From Gammaproteobacteria bacterium (GTDB taxonomy: Bacteria; Pseudomonadota; Gammaproteobacteria; Tethybacterales; G965206325): DNA of 64,000 nt. The DNA lies in contig OZ242208.1 in assembly GCA_965206325.1 (NCBI GenBank), positions 1,721,557 to 1,785,556 on the forward strand, in the 5' to 3' direction. Position 1 is the stretch's first letter, and each line of letters starts with the position of its first letter. Both the position numbers and the translations under genes were made by a program. Below the pieces are notes generated by a model. That model was not told the DNA's origin. It saw only the letters and a list, made by a program, of their open reading frames with translations, and did no database searches. Shown here piece by piece: positions 27,881 through 38,450 of the stretch.

Positions 27881-30094
27881 ATGGCAAGCAGAAACGACCC
27901 CCGCAAAACAGATTCTTCGCAGCACAGCGAATTCGCGCCGCCGGTCGACGCCGCCGCCGAATTGCCGCCTGCGTCCGCCAAGCCGAAAAGGAAAAGCGCC
28001 GTAAATCAAAAAGCGACTCCCGTCGTCAAGGCGAATTCCGCGCATCCGAAAAAAGCGAAGACGGCAGCCGCCGCGCAAAAATCGCCCGCCGTTAAAAAAA
28101 CCGCCGCTAAAAAATCGGCGGTCGGCGGCAAGAAATCCGCCGCTAAAAAGGCGAAGGTAAAAGTCGCTTCGTTTACGCGGGCGGAAAACGCGATTGGGCG
28201 TCTGCAAAAAGGCAGGCGAAGCCGCGCCGCCGAGTCGGTGCTGTCGGCGGAGGGGCGCGATAAATTGCGGAAACTTTTCAAAATCGCCGCCGAGCGGGGG
28301 TTTATCACGCACGCCGACATCAACGATTATCTGCCGGATGAATTGGCGGAAGTGGACGATGCGGCGGGGGCGGTCGCGCATATTCTGGGCGACATCGGCG
28401 TCGCCATTTACGAGAAGACGCCGGATCAGGATGAATTAATGATTAGCGGCGAGCGTCCGCAAATCGCCAACGAGGAGGAATTTGAAGAGCAGGCGGAAGC
28501 GGCCATTTCCACTGTGGTCGGATTCGGCCGCACGACCGATCCGGTGCGAATGTATATGCGCGAAATGAGCACCTCCAAATTGCTCACGCGCGCCGAAGAA
28601 ATTATCATCGCCCGCCGCATTGAAAGCAGCTTGCGCGAAATTATCCGCGTGATTTCCGCCTGTCCGATTATTCTTGACAAAGTCCTGCAGGAGGGCGATC
28701 GGGTCAAGCGGAATGAGGCGGAAATTTCGGATGTCATTGACGGTCTGCTTTCCGATGGTCCGCCGAGGCCGATTCCCGACGACGATCCGCGCGGCAAGCC
28801 ATATGTGGATTCCACGGCGGTCGCGCTCGCCGCCGAAGCCAATCGCGACGCTAAATCCAACGCCGACATTGCGGTGCGCGATACGCCGGATGTTAATCCG
28901 GAAAATTTGCGCGACGAAGCGATTCGGATTTTCAACCGCATTCGCCGGCTGCGAAGCGACTGGCTGCGGGCGAAAACGAAAAGCGACAAACTGCGCCTGC
29001 AAAAAAACATCGCCAAAAAGATGATGCGCTTTCGCTTTTCGGAAAAGCAGACGCGGGTTTTTTCCAAGCAGGTCGGCGGCATTGCGTTGCGCGTTAAAAC
29101 GCTGGAAGCGGGAATCCGCGACTGCTGCATTCGCAAATTGGGAATCTCCAAGAAAAATTTTCTGGAGCATTTTCCGGGCAACGAAACCAATCGCAAATGG
29201 CTGCCGGTAAAAATGAAGGGAATGTTCCGCGAAAGCGCGGCGCATTATTTTCCGGAGGTCTTGGAGCGGCAGGACGAATTAGCCCGCGTGGAAAAAGAAT
29301 GCGGGCTTAAAATTCGCCAGTTCCGCGAATTAACGCTGTCGCTGGCCAAAAGCGAGCGACAGGTGCAGGATGCCAAAACCGAAATGATTCGCGCTAATTT
29401 GCGGCTGGTGATTTCCATCGCCAAAAAATACACGAACCGCGGGCTGCACTTTCTGGATTTGATTCAGGAGGGCAATATCGGCCTGATGAAGGCGGTGGAT
29501 AAATTTGAGTATCGGCGCGGCTTCAAATTTTCCACTTACGCCACTTGGTGGATTCGGCAGGCGATTACGCGCGCGATTGCGGATCAGGCGCGCACCATTC
29601 GCATTCCGGTTCACATGATTGAGACGATTAACAAAATGAATCGCATCGCCCGGCATTTAATGCAGAAAAGCGGCGCCGAGCCCACTCCCAAAGAATTGGC
29701 CGCGGTGATGGAATTGCCCGAAGAACGGGTTCGCCGCATTCAAAAAATCGCCAAAGAGCCGGTCTCGATGGAAACCCCGGTCGGCGACGATGATTCGCTG
29801 CTGGGCGATTTCATTGAAGACGCCGAAGCGGTGGATCCGCTGGACAATTTAATGCAGAACGACTTAAAGCGTCTTATTGACCGCGTCCTCAGCGATGTCA
29901 GCGGGCGCGAGGCGAAAGTCCTGCAGATGCGATTCGGCATTGACATTAACACCGACCATACGCTGGAAGAAGTCGGGCGGCAGTTTGATGTCACGCGCGA
30001 GCGCATTCGCCAGATAGAAGCCAAATCGCTGCGCAAATTGCGCCATCGCAATCGCGCCAATCTCGTGCGCGACTACACCGAAGGACGCGATTGA
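27881..30094 (+). CDS. rpoD: RNA polymerase sigma-70 (RpoD) with ~115-aa Lys/Ala/Pro-rich N-terminal extension
   Basis: Regions 1.2-4.2 conserved ([39 protein letters not shown]). N-terminus has [20 protein letters not shown]-type repeats before the normal region 1.1. Confidence 0.95.
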   Translation: MASRNDPRKTDSSQHSEFAPPVDAAAELPPASAKPKRKSAVNQKATPVVKANSAHPKKAKTAAAAQKSPAVKKTAAKKSAVGGKKSAAKKAKVKVASFTRAENAIGRLQKGRRSRAAESVLSAEGRDKLRKLFKIAAERGFITHADINDYLPDELAEVDDAAGAVAHILGDIGVAIYEKTPDQDELMISGERPQIANEEEFEEQAEAAISTVVGFGRTTDPVRMYMREMSTSKLLTRAEEIIIARRIESSLREIIRVISACPIILDKVLQEGDRVKRNEAEISDVIDGLLSDGPPRPIPDDDPRGKPYVDSTAVALAAEANRDAKSNADIAVRDTPDVNPENLRDEAIRIFNRIRRLRSDWLRAKTKSDKLRLQKNIAKKMMRFRFSEKQTRVFSKQVGGIALRVKTLEAGIRDCCIRKLGISKKNFLEHFPGNETNRKWLPVKMKGMFRESAAHYFPEVLERQDELARVEKECGLKIRQFRELTLSLAKSERQVQDAKTEMIRANLRLVISIAKKYTNRGLHFLDLIQEGNIGLMKAVDKFEYRRGFKFSTYATWWIRQAITRAIADQARTIRIPVHMIETINKMNRIARHLMQKSGAEPTPKELAAVMELPEERVRRIQKIAKEPVSMETPVGDDDSLLGDFIEDAEAVDPLDNLMQNDLKRLIDRVLSDVSGREAKVLQMRFGIDINTDHTLEEVGRQFDVTRERIRQIEAKSLRKLRHRNRANLVRDYTEGRD

Positions 30095-30111
30095 CAATCC
30101 CCCTCCCAGCC

Positions 30112-30186
30112 GGGTCAGTAGCTCAGCGGTTAGAGCAAGGGACTCATAATCCCTCGGCCGCAGGTTCGAATCCTGCCTGACCCACC
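30112..30186 (+). tRNA. tRNA-Met (anticodon CAT); elongator-Met/Ile2-like D-loop
   Basis: Cloverleaf folds: acceptor GGGTCAG/CTGACCC, D-arm GCTCAGCGGTTAGAGC, anticodon stem AGGGA/TCCCT with CTCATAA loop, T-arm GCAGGTTCGAATCCTGC. Confidence 0.85.
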
Positions 30187-30220
30187 GCCAACAGACCGCC
30201 GAAAAAACTTGAGAAAAAAC

Positions 30221-30249
30221 TTGACTTTTTTGGATAATCCCCCCATAAT
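30221..30249 (+). promoter_or_regulatory. candidate sigma-70 promoter for erpA (TTGACT-N17-CATAAT), probably giving a leaderless or very short-leader mRNA
   Basis: -10 ends 6 nt before the erpA ATG at 30256. Confidence 0.3.
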
Positions 30250-30255
30250 TGCATT

Positions 30256-30651
30256 ATGGAAACGCAGCAAACGACAGCCCCAATTCCCCCCGCCCCCGAA
30301 AGCGGCGATTCCGCCCTGCCCGCCGAGCCGGTTATCTTCACGGATTCCGCCGCCCGCAAGGTGAAATCGCTCATTGACGAAGAAGGCAACGCCGCCCTTA
30401 AATTGCGGGTGTTCATCTCCGGCGGCGGCTGCTCCGGATTCCAATACGGCTTTACCTTTGACGAAGAAGCCAACAGCGACGACGCCTCCCTCGTCAAAAT
30501 GGGCGTCACCGTCCTGATTGACCCGATGAGCTACCAATATCTGGCCGGGTCGGAAATTGACTATCAGGAAAAATTAGAGGGCTCGCAGTTTGTCATTCGC
30601 AATCCGAATGTCACTTCCACCTGCGGCTGCGGCTCGTCGTTTGCAGCTTAG
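30256..30651 (+). CDS. erpA: iron-sulfur cluster insertion protein ErpA (HesB/IscA family)
   Basis: [13 protein letters not shown]...TCGCGSSF motifs. Confidence 0.85.
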   Translation: METQQTTAPIPPAPESGDSALPAEPVIFTDSAARKVKSLIDEEGNAALKLRVFISGGGCSGFQYGFTFDEEANSDDASLVKMGVTVLIDPMSYQYLAGSEIDYQEKLEGSQFVIRNPNVTSTCGCGSSFAA

Positions 30652-30659
30652 CGAAGGCG

Positions 30660-30790
30660 GCGGATTGCGGACGCAGAGCGTCCGGTCACGCATCCCGACG
30701 CAGAGCGTCGGCACGAGGGATTTTGGTTTTTGGAATGTTGATGTCGGAGATTAATCTCCGACTCGCCGCTTGTCGGCGGCATTAATTTTT
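30660..30790. repeat. second (partial/rearranged) copy of the REP/MITE-like element
   Basis: Arm GCGGACGCAGAGCGTCCGGTCACGCATCCCGACGCAGAGCGTCGGCACGAG (30668-30717) and palindrome GTCGGAGATTAATCTCCGAC (30743-30762), matching 10833-11063. Confidence 0.55.
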
Positions 30791-30796
30791 TATTTT

Positions 30797-31606
30797 TTAT
30801 TGTCCGCGCTGCGATTGGATGGCGCGATTAATAATTTTTCCGGCAAGGCGTGGAAATGCAAAATATAAAAACAACAGTCCGCGCAACTTAAAAGGAATAA
30901 TTAATTCGCGGTCGCGCCGCCGAATTGCGCGCAGAATTGCCTCGGCGCAAAGCGTTAAATCCACCGATTCGCGGCTATGCCGGCGGGCGCTTTCGCCAAG
31001 CATTTCGCCCTTTGCATCAAGGGCATTCTCTCTGAGCATTGTCCCGCGAATCCAATGCGGCAGGACTGTTAAAACGCCGACTCCGTCCGCCGACACTTCT
31101 TCCCGCAAAGACGCGCAAAATCCCTCCACTGCATGCTTGGATGCCGCATATCCCGTATGCAAAGGCACGCCGATGCGTCCTTGTATGGATGAAATTGCCG
31201 CCAGCATTCCGCGCCTTTCCTTCAAATACGGCAGCGCCGCCAGCGCGCAATTGCATAAGCCGAAAAAATTAACATCCATCAAGCGGCGAAAAACATCGGA
31301 CGATTCTATTTGGTCAAAGCGCGCCCACATGCTGATTCCGGCGGCGACGACGACGCAATCAATTCCGCCGAAGTGCGCCGCCGCAGATTTCATTAAGCGG
31401 CGGCAGTCGTCTTCTTTGCCAACATCGCCGACGACGACCAGCGGCTCGCCTTTGCATTTGGATGCGGCAATGCGCAATCGCGATTCGTTGCGCGCGAATA
31501 AAATGACCCCCCCCCCCTGTTCGGAAAAAGCGCGCGCCAATTCCGCGCCGAGTCCGGAAGACGCGCCGGCAACAACAATTGCTTTGCCGTCAAATGCTTT
31601 TTTCAT
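30797..31606 (-). CDS. SDR family oxidoreductase
   Basis: Track ORF trimmed to ATG at 31604-31606 (MKKAFDGKAIVVAGASSGLG). Upstream part is antisense to the oxidase gene. Confidence 0.8.
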   Translation of the reverse strand: MKKAFDGKAIVVAGASSGLGAELARAFSEQGGGVILFARNESRLRIAASKCKGEPLVVVGDVGKEDDCRRLMKSAAAHFGGIDCVVVAAGISMWARFDQIESSDVFRRLMDVNFFGLCNCALAALPYLKERRGMLAAISSIQGRIGVPLHTGYAASKHAVEGFCASLREEVSADGVGVLTVLPHWIRGTMLRENALDAKGEMLGESARRHSRESVDLTLCAEAILRAIRRRDRELIIPFKLRGLLFLYFAFPRLAGKIINRAIQSQRGQ

Positions 31607-33375
31607 CGCGGCCGAAGACGCCGTTAGATGCGGCAAAAATATCGCGCGGATCCAGCGATTTTTTCGCTTCGCGCAATGCCGCCGCCGCCGCCGGAGAATG
31701 CGCCCGCAAAATGAATTCGCGCCGCACCTTGCCAATGCCATGATGATGCGACAAGGATCCTCCTTTGGATAAAATAACTTCGCGCAATTTTCGTTCAATG
31801 GCGCCGTAAGTTTCTTCGGGATGCGCCAGTCCGCGCGCGCAGAATCCCATTGTAAAATAAATGCATGCCCCCCCATGATAAGTTTGGGTAACACGGTGGG
31901 AAAGATAAGGACGGCCGGCCACTCCGCGCTTGGCGCATTCTTCGGCGAGCGCATCCGCAACGCCTTCGCAAATGCCCATAATGCAGGTCCACGGCGCGGA
32001 AGTTTCAAAGGTTTCGCCGATGATGTTCAAGCGGCTGAAAAAATCGCGAATGTAGGCAATGGCGAAAGTGAGCATATAGCCCCGTCGGCCATTGGCTTCG
32101 CCGCCGCTTACGCCGCCGCAGCGGCGGGCGATTTTCAGCGCCGTCCGGCGGCGGCGAGCCGCCTCCCCCCCCCCCCCCCTCCGTCACCAAAGTGCATGCG
32201 ACCATTTGCGACGGATTAAATTTCATCACGCGCAAAAGAAAAAATTTCTGCATCGCGGATATAATTCCGCCCCCCCCCCCCCTCTTCGGCTTTAATGCCT
32301 GACCAAAGCGAAATTCGCGGTTATCAACAAGGCGAATGCTTTCCGGCAAGGCATCGGCCTTTCTAAGTTCGCGCAGAAAATTGATGCCGTCGGCGAATGT
32401 CGGAAAAACCGCCGATCCGTATTTTCGCTCGCGCGGCAGCGGATGAATTTTAATGACCGCCTTAGTGACGACTCCCAAGCATCCTTCGCTGCCAAACAAT
32501 AAAGCGCGCGGCTGCACGCCGGCGGAAGTGCGGGGCGAATCCGGCGGCGATGATTCCACCGCGCCTTTGGGGGTGATTAATGTCGCCGACAAAACGATAT
32601 CTTCTATGTTGCCGTAGCGGTTTTTTTTCATGCCGCTGGCGTTTGTTGCAATCCAACCTCCTAATGATGAGAATTCAACGCTGTCGGGTTCGTGTCCGCA
32701 GATAAATCCGCGGGCGGAAAGTTCGCGCTCTAAGTCTTTGCCGCGAATGCCGGCTTCGGCGCAGGCGAGCATATTGTCTTCGTCCACCCACAGCAGGCGA
32801 TTCATTTCGCGCAGGTCCAAAGAAACAATCATTCGCTTTTCATTTTTCGGACACAGCAGCGCACCGCTTACATTAGTGCCGCCGCCGAAGGGAATCAAGC
32901 AGACATTTTCGGCGTCGGCAAGGGCGACAATCGCTTCTGCATCGTCTTCGCCGCGCGGAAAAAAAATCATATCGGGAATTCGCGGCGGAATTTTTCCGCG
33001 CGACAAGCGGTAAATTTCGCCGACGCTTAATTGTCCGTGACTGCGAATGAGCCGCTCGCCATCGTCAAAGGAAATTTGCCCGGGACGAAAGCGCGATTGA
33101 ATTTCGCGGACGAAATTATCATTGAGAATCGGCGGCGGCGGAGTCGGCAGGGGGGATTCTTCCTCCAATTCTTTCGGAGTGACGGCAACGCCGAGCATTT
33201 CCTCCACAAACGGAATAAAGCCCGGCAGATTTTTTCCGGCGAGGGCGTATCGCCCTCCCCGCATAATGACGGCGCGGCCTTCAAATTCAAAGCCGGTGTC
33301 GGCGTATCCCCATTTGTGCGGATGCCGCGGACCGTCGGAATCGTCGTAGCAGGAATCAAGCGGCGGATTCGGCAT
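31590..33375 (-). pseudogene. FAD-linked oxidase (alkyldihydroxyacetonephosphate synthase / GlcD-like) split by a frameshift at a C16 tract
   Basis: N-terminal part (32005-33375: HKWGYADTGFEF..., FAD-binding PCMH domain) and C-terminal part (31590-32075: ...SLSHHHGIGKVRREF) lie in different frames. The junction is at homopolymer 32165-32180. A second tract (32270-32282) is in-frame (GGGGG). Confidence 0.6.
32165..32180. repeat. C16 homopolymer tract (frame-disrupting)
   Basis: Direct count; oxidase homology switches frame here. Confidence 0.85.
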
Positions 33376-33435
33376 GCGGAAATTTTAACACGCGCCGCCG
33401 AATTCGGGCATAATAAAGGCGAGAAGAAATTAGCG

Positions 33436-35340
33436 ATGAGCAATTACAAAATCGCCCATCGCCGCTCGCTGAAAGACCCGCGCGGATTCTGGGGCGAAGC
33501 GGCGCAGCAAGTAGATTGGATTAAGCCGCCGCAGGAAGTGCTGGACGATTCCAATCCGCCGTTTTACCGCTGGTTTCGCGGGGGCGAAATTAATACCTGC
33601 CACAACGCCGTCGACCGCCACGCCGACGGCGGCCGCGGCGAGCAGGCGGCGATTATCTACGACAGCCCGGTCGCCGACAGCAAGCGGACTCTCACCTACC
33701 GCGAATTGCGCGACGCCGTCGCCCGCTTCGCCGGTGCGATTAAAAATCGCGGCGTCGGCAAAGGCGACCGCGTCATCATTTATATGCCGATGATTCCGGA
33801 GACGGTCATCGCGATGATGGCGTGCGCGAGAATTGGCGCGGTGCATTCGGTGGTTTTCGGCGGATTCGCCGCCGCCGAATTAGCGACTCGGATTGACGAT
33901 TCCAAGCCCAAATTAATTCTGTCGGCTTCGTGCGGCATTGAGCCGAATCGGGTGGTGGAATACAAGCCGCTGCTGGACCGCGCGATTGAATTATCGTCGC
34001 ACAAGCCGGACGCCTGCATCATTCTGCCGCGTCCGCAATCGGATAAATTTGAAATGCGGACGGGCCGGGATTTTAACTGGGAAGAAGAAGCCGCCGCCGC
34101 GAATCCCGTCGGCTGCGAATCCCTCGCCGCCACCGACCCGCTTTATATTCTCTACACTTCCGGCACGACCGGAATGCCGAAAGGAATTGTCCGCGATAAC
34201 GGCGGCCACGCCGTCGCGCTTAATTGGTCAATGCCGAATATCTACGGAATTCGCCCCGGCGAAGTATGGTGGTCGGCATCGGATGTGGGCTGGATTGTCG
34301 GTCATTCCTATATTGTTTACGCGCCCTTGCTGGCGGGATGCACGACAATAATCTACGAAGGAAAACCGGTCGGCACGCCGGACGCCGGAGCGTTTTGGCG
34401 GGTGATTTCGGAGCATCGGGCGGTTTCAATGTTTACCGCGCCGACGGCTTTTCGGGCGATTCGGCAGGCGGATCCGGAAGGGGAATTAATCAGCAATTAC
34501 GATATGTCGCATTTTCGCGCGCTTTTTCTCGCCGGTGAAAGATGCGATCCGGATACGCTCAATTGGGCGGCGGAAAAATTGCAGGTTCCGATTATTGATC
34601 ATTGGTGGCAGACGGAAACCGGATGGTCAATCTGCGCGAATTGCATCGGCATTGAAAAATTGCCGATAAAGCCCGGTTCGGCCGGACCGGCGGCGCCGGG
34701 CTCCGATGTGCGAATTTTGGATGAATCCGGCAAGGAAGCCGACGACGGCGATATCGGCAATATCGTCGTCAAATTGCCGCTGCCGCCGGGGACTTTTCCG
34801 ACTCTGTGGCAAAACGAAGCGCGCTACCGCGAATCCTATATGTCGCGATACGAAGGATTCTATTTAACCGGCGACGCCGGATTTCGCGATTCGGACGGCT
34901 ATGTTTCGGTGATGTCGCGGATTGACGATATTATTAATGTCGCCGGTCACCGCTTGTCGACGGGGGCGATTGAAGAGGCGTTGGCGTCGCATCCGGCGGT
35001 GGCGGAATGCGCGGTGATTGGCGCCGCCGATTCGATTAAAGGCGAATTGCCGCTGGGATTCGTCGCCTTAAAACGCGGGGCGACTATCAGCGAAGAACAA
35101 TTGCGCTCGGAATTAATTGCAACGGTGCGGGAAAAAATTGGACCGGTGGCGGCGTTTCGGAATGTGTGCATCGTGGCGCGTTTGCCGAAAACGCGATCGG
35201 GAAAAATTTTGCGCGGGACGATGAAAAAAATCGCCGACGGCGAATCATTCTCAGCACCGGCAACCATTGACGACCCGGCGATTCTGGATGAAATTAAAAA
35301 ATCGCTGACCGCCATCGGCTACGCGAAAGAATCCGCTTGA
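33436..35340 (+). CDS. AMP-forming acyl-CoA synthetase, propionate--CoA ligase (PrpE)-like
   Basis: Trimmed to MSNYKIAHRRSL...; FYRWFRGGEINTCHNAVDRH, TSGTTGMPKG AMP-binding motif; ~634 aa. Confidence 0.8.
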   Translation: MSNYKIAHRRSLKDPRGFWGEAAQQVDWIKPPQEVLDDSNPPFYRWFRGGEINTCHNAVDRHADGGRGEQAAIIYDSPVADSKRTLTYRELRDAVARFAGAIKNRGVGKGDRVIIYMPMIPETVIAMMACARIGAVHSVVFGGFAAAELATRIDDSKPKLILSASCGIEPNRVVEYKPLLDRAIELSSHKPDACIILPRPQSDKFEMRTGRDFNWEEEAAAANPVGCESLAATDPLYILYTSGTTGMPKGIVRDNGGHAVALNWSMPNIYGIRPGEVWWSASDVGWIVGHSYIVYAPLLAGCTTIIYEGKPVGTPDAGAFWRVISEHRAVSMFTAPTAFRAIRQADPEGELISNYDMSHFRALFLAGERCDPDTLNWAAEKLQVPIIDHWWQTETGWSICANCIGIEKLPIKPGSAGPAAPGSDVRILDESGKEADDGDIGNIVVKLPLPPGTFPTLWQNEARYRESYMSRYEGFYLTGDAGFRDSDGYVSVMSRIDDIINVAGHRLSTGAIEEALASHPAVAECAVIGAADSIKGELPLGFVALKRGATISEEQLRSELIATVREKIGPVAAFRNVCIVARLPKTRSGKILRGTMKKIADGESFSAPATIDDPAILDEIKKSLTAIGYAKESA

Positions 35341-35453
35341 CGGCATTCGCAAGTTGCAGAATAATTCCGGGCGAGTATGAAGCCGCTGCCCGATTCCGCC
35401 GGATTTGTCGCTGCGGCCGTTCGCAAAATAAATGCCAAAAAAGTGAAGAAATT

Positions 35454-35517
35454 TTGCGCGGCGGCGAATTTGTGCTATAAGCAATTTGCCGCGCAATTTT
35501 CCGCGCGCGGCAAAAAA
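35454..35517. promoter_or_regulatory. 43-bp imperfect palindrome (TTGCGCGGCGGCGAATTTG-tgctataag-CAATTTGCCGCGCAA) plus CCGCGCGCGG palindrome upstream of the SSS transporter gene; candidate operator
   Basis: Inverted symmetry read directly; centre contains -10-like TATAAG; 35-95 nt upstream of the ATG at 35551. Confidence 0.3.
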
Positions 35518-35550
35518 CCGATTTGAACCAAAACCAAATGGAGGAATTAC

Positions 35551-37543
35551 AATGAGCACTGCCGTTATCTGGCTCTGGGTGTTTGTCATCCTTTACTGGG
35601 CCTACTGCATCTTCTGGGGCGTCAAGGGCATGCAGATGTCCAAAACTGCGGCGCAATACATGATCGCCGGTCGGCAATTGCCGATGTGGGTGTTCGTGCT
35701 GGCGGCGACCGCCACTTCGTTTTCGGGGTGGACTTTCATCGGTCATCCCGGACTCATCTACCGCGACGGCTTTCAATACGCCTACGCGTCGTTCTACGCC
35801 ATTACGATTCCGTTCACCGGAATGCTGTTCCTGAAAAGGCAGTGGATGCTCGGCAAGCATTACGGATTCATCACGCCGGGCGAAATGCTGGGGCATTACT
35901 TTCGCTCCGATGCAATTCGCCTTCTGGTGGTGCTGGTCGCCTTATGCTTTTCGGTGCCGTATCTCGGACTGCAGCTGCGCGCGTCGGGATTTCTTTTTCA
36001 TAATTTGACCGACGGCGCGCTTTCCATTGAAGTCGGAATGCTGCTGCTTTCGGCGATTGTGATTATCTATGTGGCGACCGGCGGACTGAGGGCTGTCGCC
36101 TATGTGGATACGCTGCAGGCGATTCTGCTGGCGCTTGGAATCATCATGCTGGGAACTATCGCCCTCAACGACATCGGCGGCTTTGATAAAATGAACGAGG
36201 CGATTTTCGCCCTCGCGCAAAGCGACACCAAAATCACCCCGGACGGGCACAGCCATTACATAGCGATTCCGGGCGTAATTCAATTCGTCAAATCCGGGCC
36301 GACGGCGGTCGGCGGCGCATGGACGGGCGTGATGATTCTCACTTATATGTTCGCCCTGATGGGAATTCATTCGTCGCCCGCTTTTTCAATGTGGGCGTTT
36401 GCCAACCGCGACCCGCGTCCATTTGCGCCTCAGCAAGTTTGGGCGTCGTCGTTTGGAATCGGATTGATTCTATTTTTCTTTACGGCGTTTCATGGAGTCG
36501 GCGGGCATTTTCTGGGAGCGGACGCCGGCTTTGCAACGGCGTATCCGGATTTAACCAACGACACGCTGTCCGGATTCCTCGGCGGCAAGGACATTATGGA
36601 AGCCACCGGCAAGCAGGGGAATTTAGTGCCGCTGCTGATTCAGTCGGTCGGCGAAACTGCTCCGTGGCTGGTCGGATTGCTGGCGGTCTGCGCGCTGGCG
36701 GCGATGCAATCCACCGGGGCGGCGTATATGTCCACCGCCGGGACGATGCTCACGCGCGACATTCTTCTGCATTTTGTCAATCGCGATATGTCGGACAGCA
36801 AGCAGAAAATGTTTGCGCGAATCGGCGTGCTGGTGATTGTCGGGGCGGCTTTGGTCGTAGCGGTGGCGTCGGCGGATGCGCTGGTTTTGCTCGGCGGACT
36901 CGCTGTCGCTTTCGGCTTTCAAATGTGGACTTCGCTTCTCGCCATCTGCTATTTGCCGCGGATTACACGGCAGGGAGCGGTTATCGGACTCGTTTTGGGA
37001 ATTATCGCCGTCTGCATGACCGAAACCATCGGCGGGGCGGTTTTCGGAATATTCACCGACAATCCGCCATGGGGACGCTGGCCGCTGACGATGCATTCCG
37101 CTTTCTGGGGAATGCTCTTCAATTTGCCGGTGGCGATGATTATCTCCAATCTCACGCAGAATAAGGAAGACACGGCGCATCGGATGAAATTTCATAATTT
37201 TCTGCGCGAGCATGCGTCGTTGCCGGCGGAGAAAAAATCGCTTGTGCCGGCGGCGTGGATTATGGTGCTGGTGTGGTTTTTCTTCGGCATCGGGCCGGGG
37301 GCGGTTATCGGCAATACGATTTTCGGCGATCCTGGCGACAACGCCACTTGGCTTTTCGGAATGCCGTCCATTTGGACTTGGCAGATTCTGTGGTGGATTC
37401 TCGGCGTCGGAATGATGTGGTTCCTCGCCTACAAGATGGAATTTTCCACTGTTCCGCGCCACACCATCAACGCTTTGGCGGACGACAGCGAAAGCAAAGC
37501 CGCCGAAGAAAAAGTGGAGGAATTGCGCGAGCAAACCGCGTAA
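35551..37543 (+). CDS. sodium:solute symporter (SSS) family transporter
   Basis: Trimmed to MSTAVIWLW; ~13 TM helices, SSS N-terminal pattern; adjacent to an acyl-CoA synthetase (Acs/ActP-like pairing). Confidence 0.8.
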
Positions 37544-37635
37544 AAAAGCATTTTTCGCAAAGGCCGGCGGACTGAGGGTTTTGTCATTCTCCTTTCTCCA
37601 TCCGCCGACCGGAGCGAAAACGGCGGCGGGTCGGC

Positions 37636-37869
37636 ATGAGCGAAACGGCTTATTTTTACGGCTCAACGCTGCTGCTGGCCGCTCTTTTATATGTGCCGGT
37701 GCAGCGAATGATTTGGACACTTTCTGTGCGGCGTCTGCAGCGCAAACTCAAGCGGGAATTGTCCGCCGAAGAAATTCGGGGGCAGTCGCGTCGCGCGCAT
37801 TTCATCGCTATTTTAGTCACGCCGATTTTTTCCCTGCTGTTTAATTTGGGGCTGCACAAGCCGCAATGA
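37636..37869 (+). CDS. small membrane protein (77 aa, two TM)
   Basis: Hydrophobic segments; stop overlaps the TPR gene start (ATGA). Confidence 0.35.
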   Translation: MSETAYFYGSTLLLAALLYVPVQRMIWTLSVRRLQRKLKRELSAEEIRGQSRRAHFIAILVTPIFSLLFNLGLHKPQ

Positions 37870-38450
37870 GCGGAAATCCATCCTATCGCTTTTTGCTGTT
37901 TGCCGCCGTCGCGCTGGGATTCGGCTACGCGGCTTGGGCTTTCTACGACGGCTTTGCCCTGCTGAAAGCGAATCCGGCCGAAGCCGAATACCGCCGCGCC
38001 GCCCGCGATTTTAAGGACGAAGAATACGCACTCGCCCTCGCCGCCTACGAGCGCGCCTTGTCGGCAAATCCCGACTTCGCCTCCGCCCGACTCGGCCGCG
38101 CCGAATCGCTTTTAATGCTGGGGCGTCTGGAAGAATCGCTGGCGGATTTCAATCGCGCCATTCAATTAAATCCCGAATCCGCCGTCGCCTTCGCCAATCG
38201 CGGAAACGCATTGGATAGAATGGGACGGCACGAAGAAGCCCTCGCCGACTACGAGCGCGCCCTGCAAATGGATTCCGCACTCGCCGACGGACCGGGATGG
38301 CTCACGCGATTTTTTCGCAATCAGCCGGACAAGCCGCCAACCATCGCCGACCGCGCCCGCTATCTGCGCGCTCAATTGGAACTTCCCGCCGACGAAAGAA
38401 TTCTGCAAAAACCGGAAGAGGACGCCAAGCAGCGACCCTACGAATATTAA
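37866..38450 (+). CDS. TPR-repeat protein with N-terminal TM anchor
   Basis: Three or more TPR units (AYERALSANPDFASARLGRAESLLMLGRLEESLADFNRAIQLNP...). Confidence 0.7.
   Translation: MSGNPSYRFLLFAAVALGFGYAAWAFYDGFALLKANPAEAEYRRAARDFKDEEYALALAAYERALSANPDFASARLGRAESLLMLGRLEESLADFNRAIQLNPESAVAFANRGNALDRMGRHEEALADYERALQMDSALADGPGWLTRFFRNQPDKPPTIADRARYLRAQLELPADERILQKPEEDAKQRPYEY

Noticed and set aside
36623-37720. 365-aa minus-strand ORF and other Arg/Pro-rich ORFs such as 2172-2780, 5328-5822, 6757-7566, 28426-29245, 21499-22140, 26458-27054
   Set aside because: High-GC antisense ORFs overlapping well-supported genes on the other strand; Arg/Pro/Gly-rich composition typical of spurious frames.
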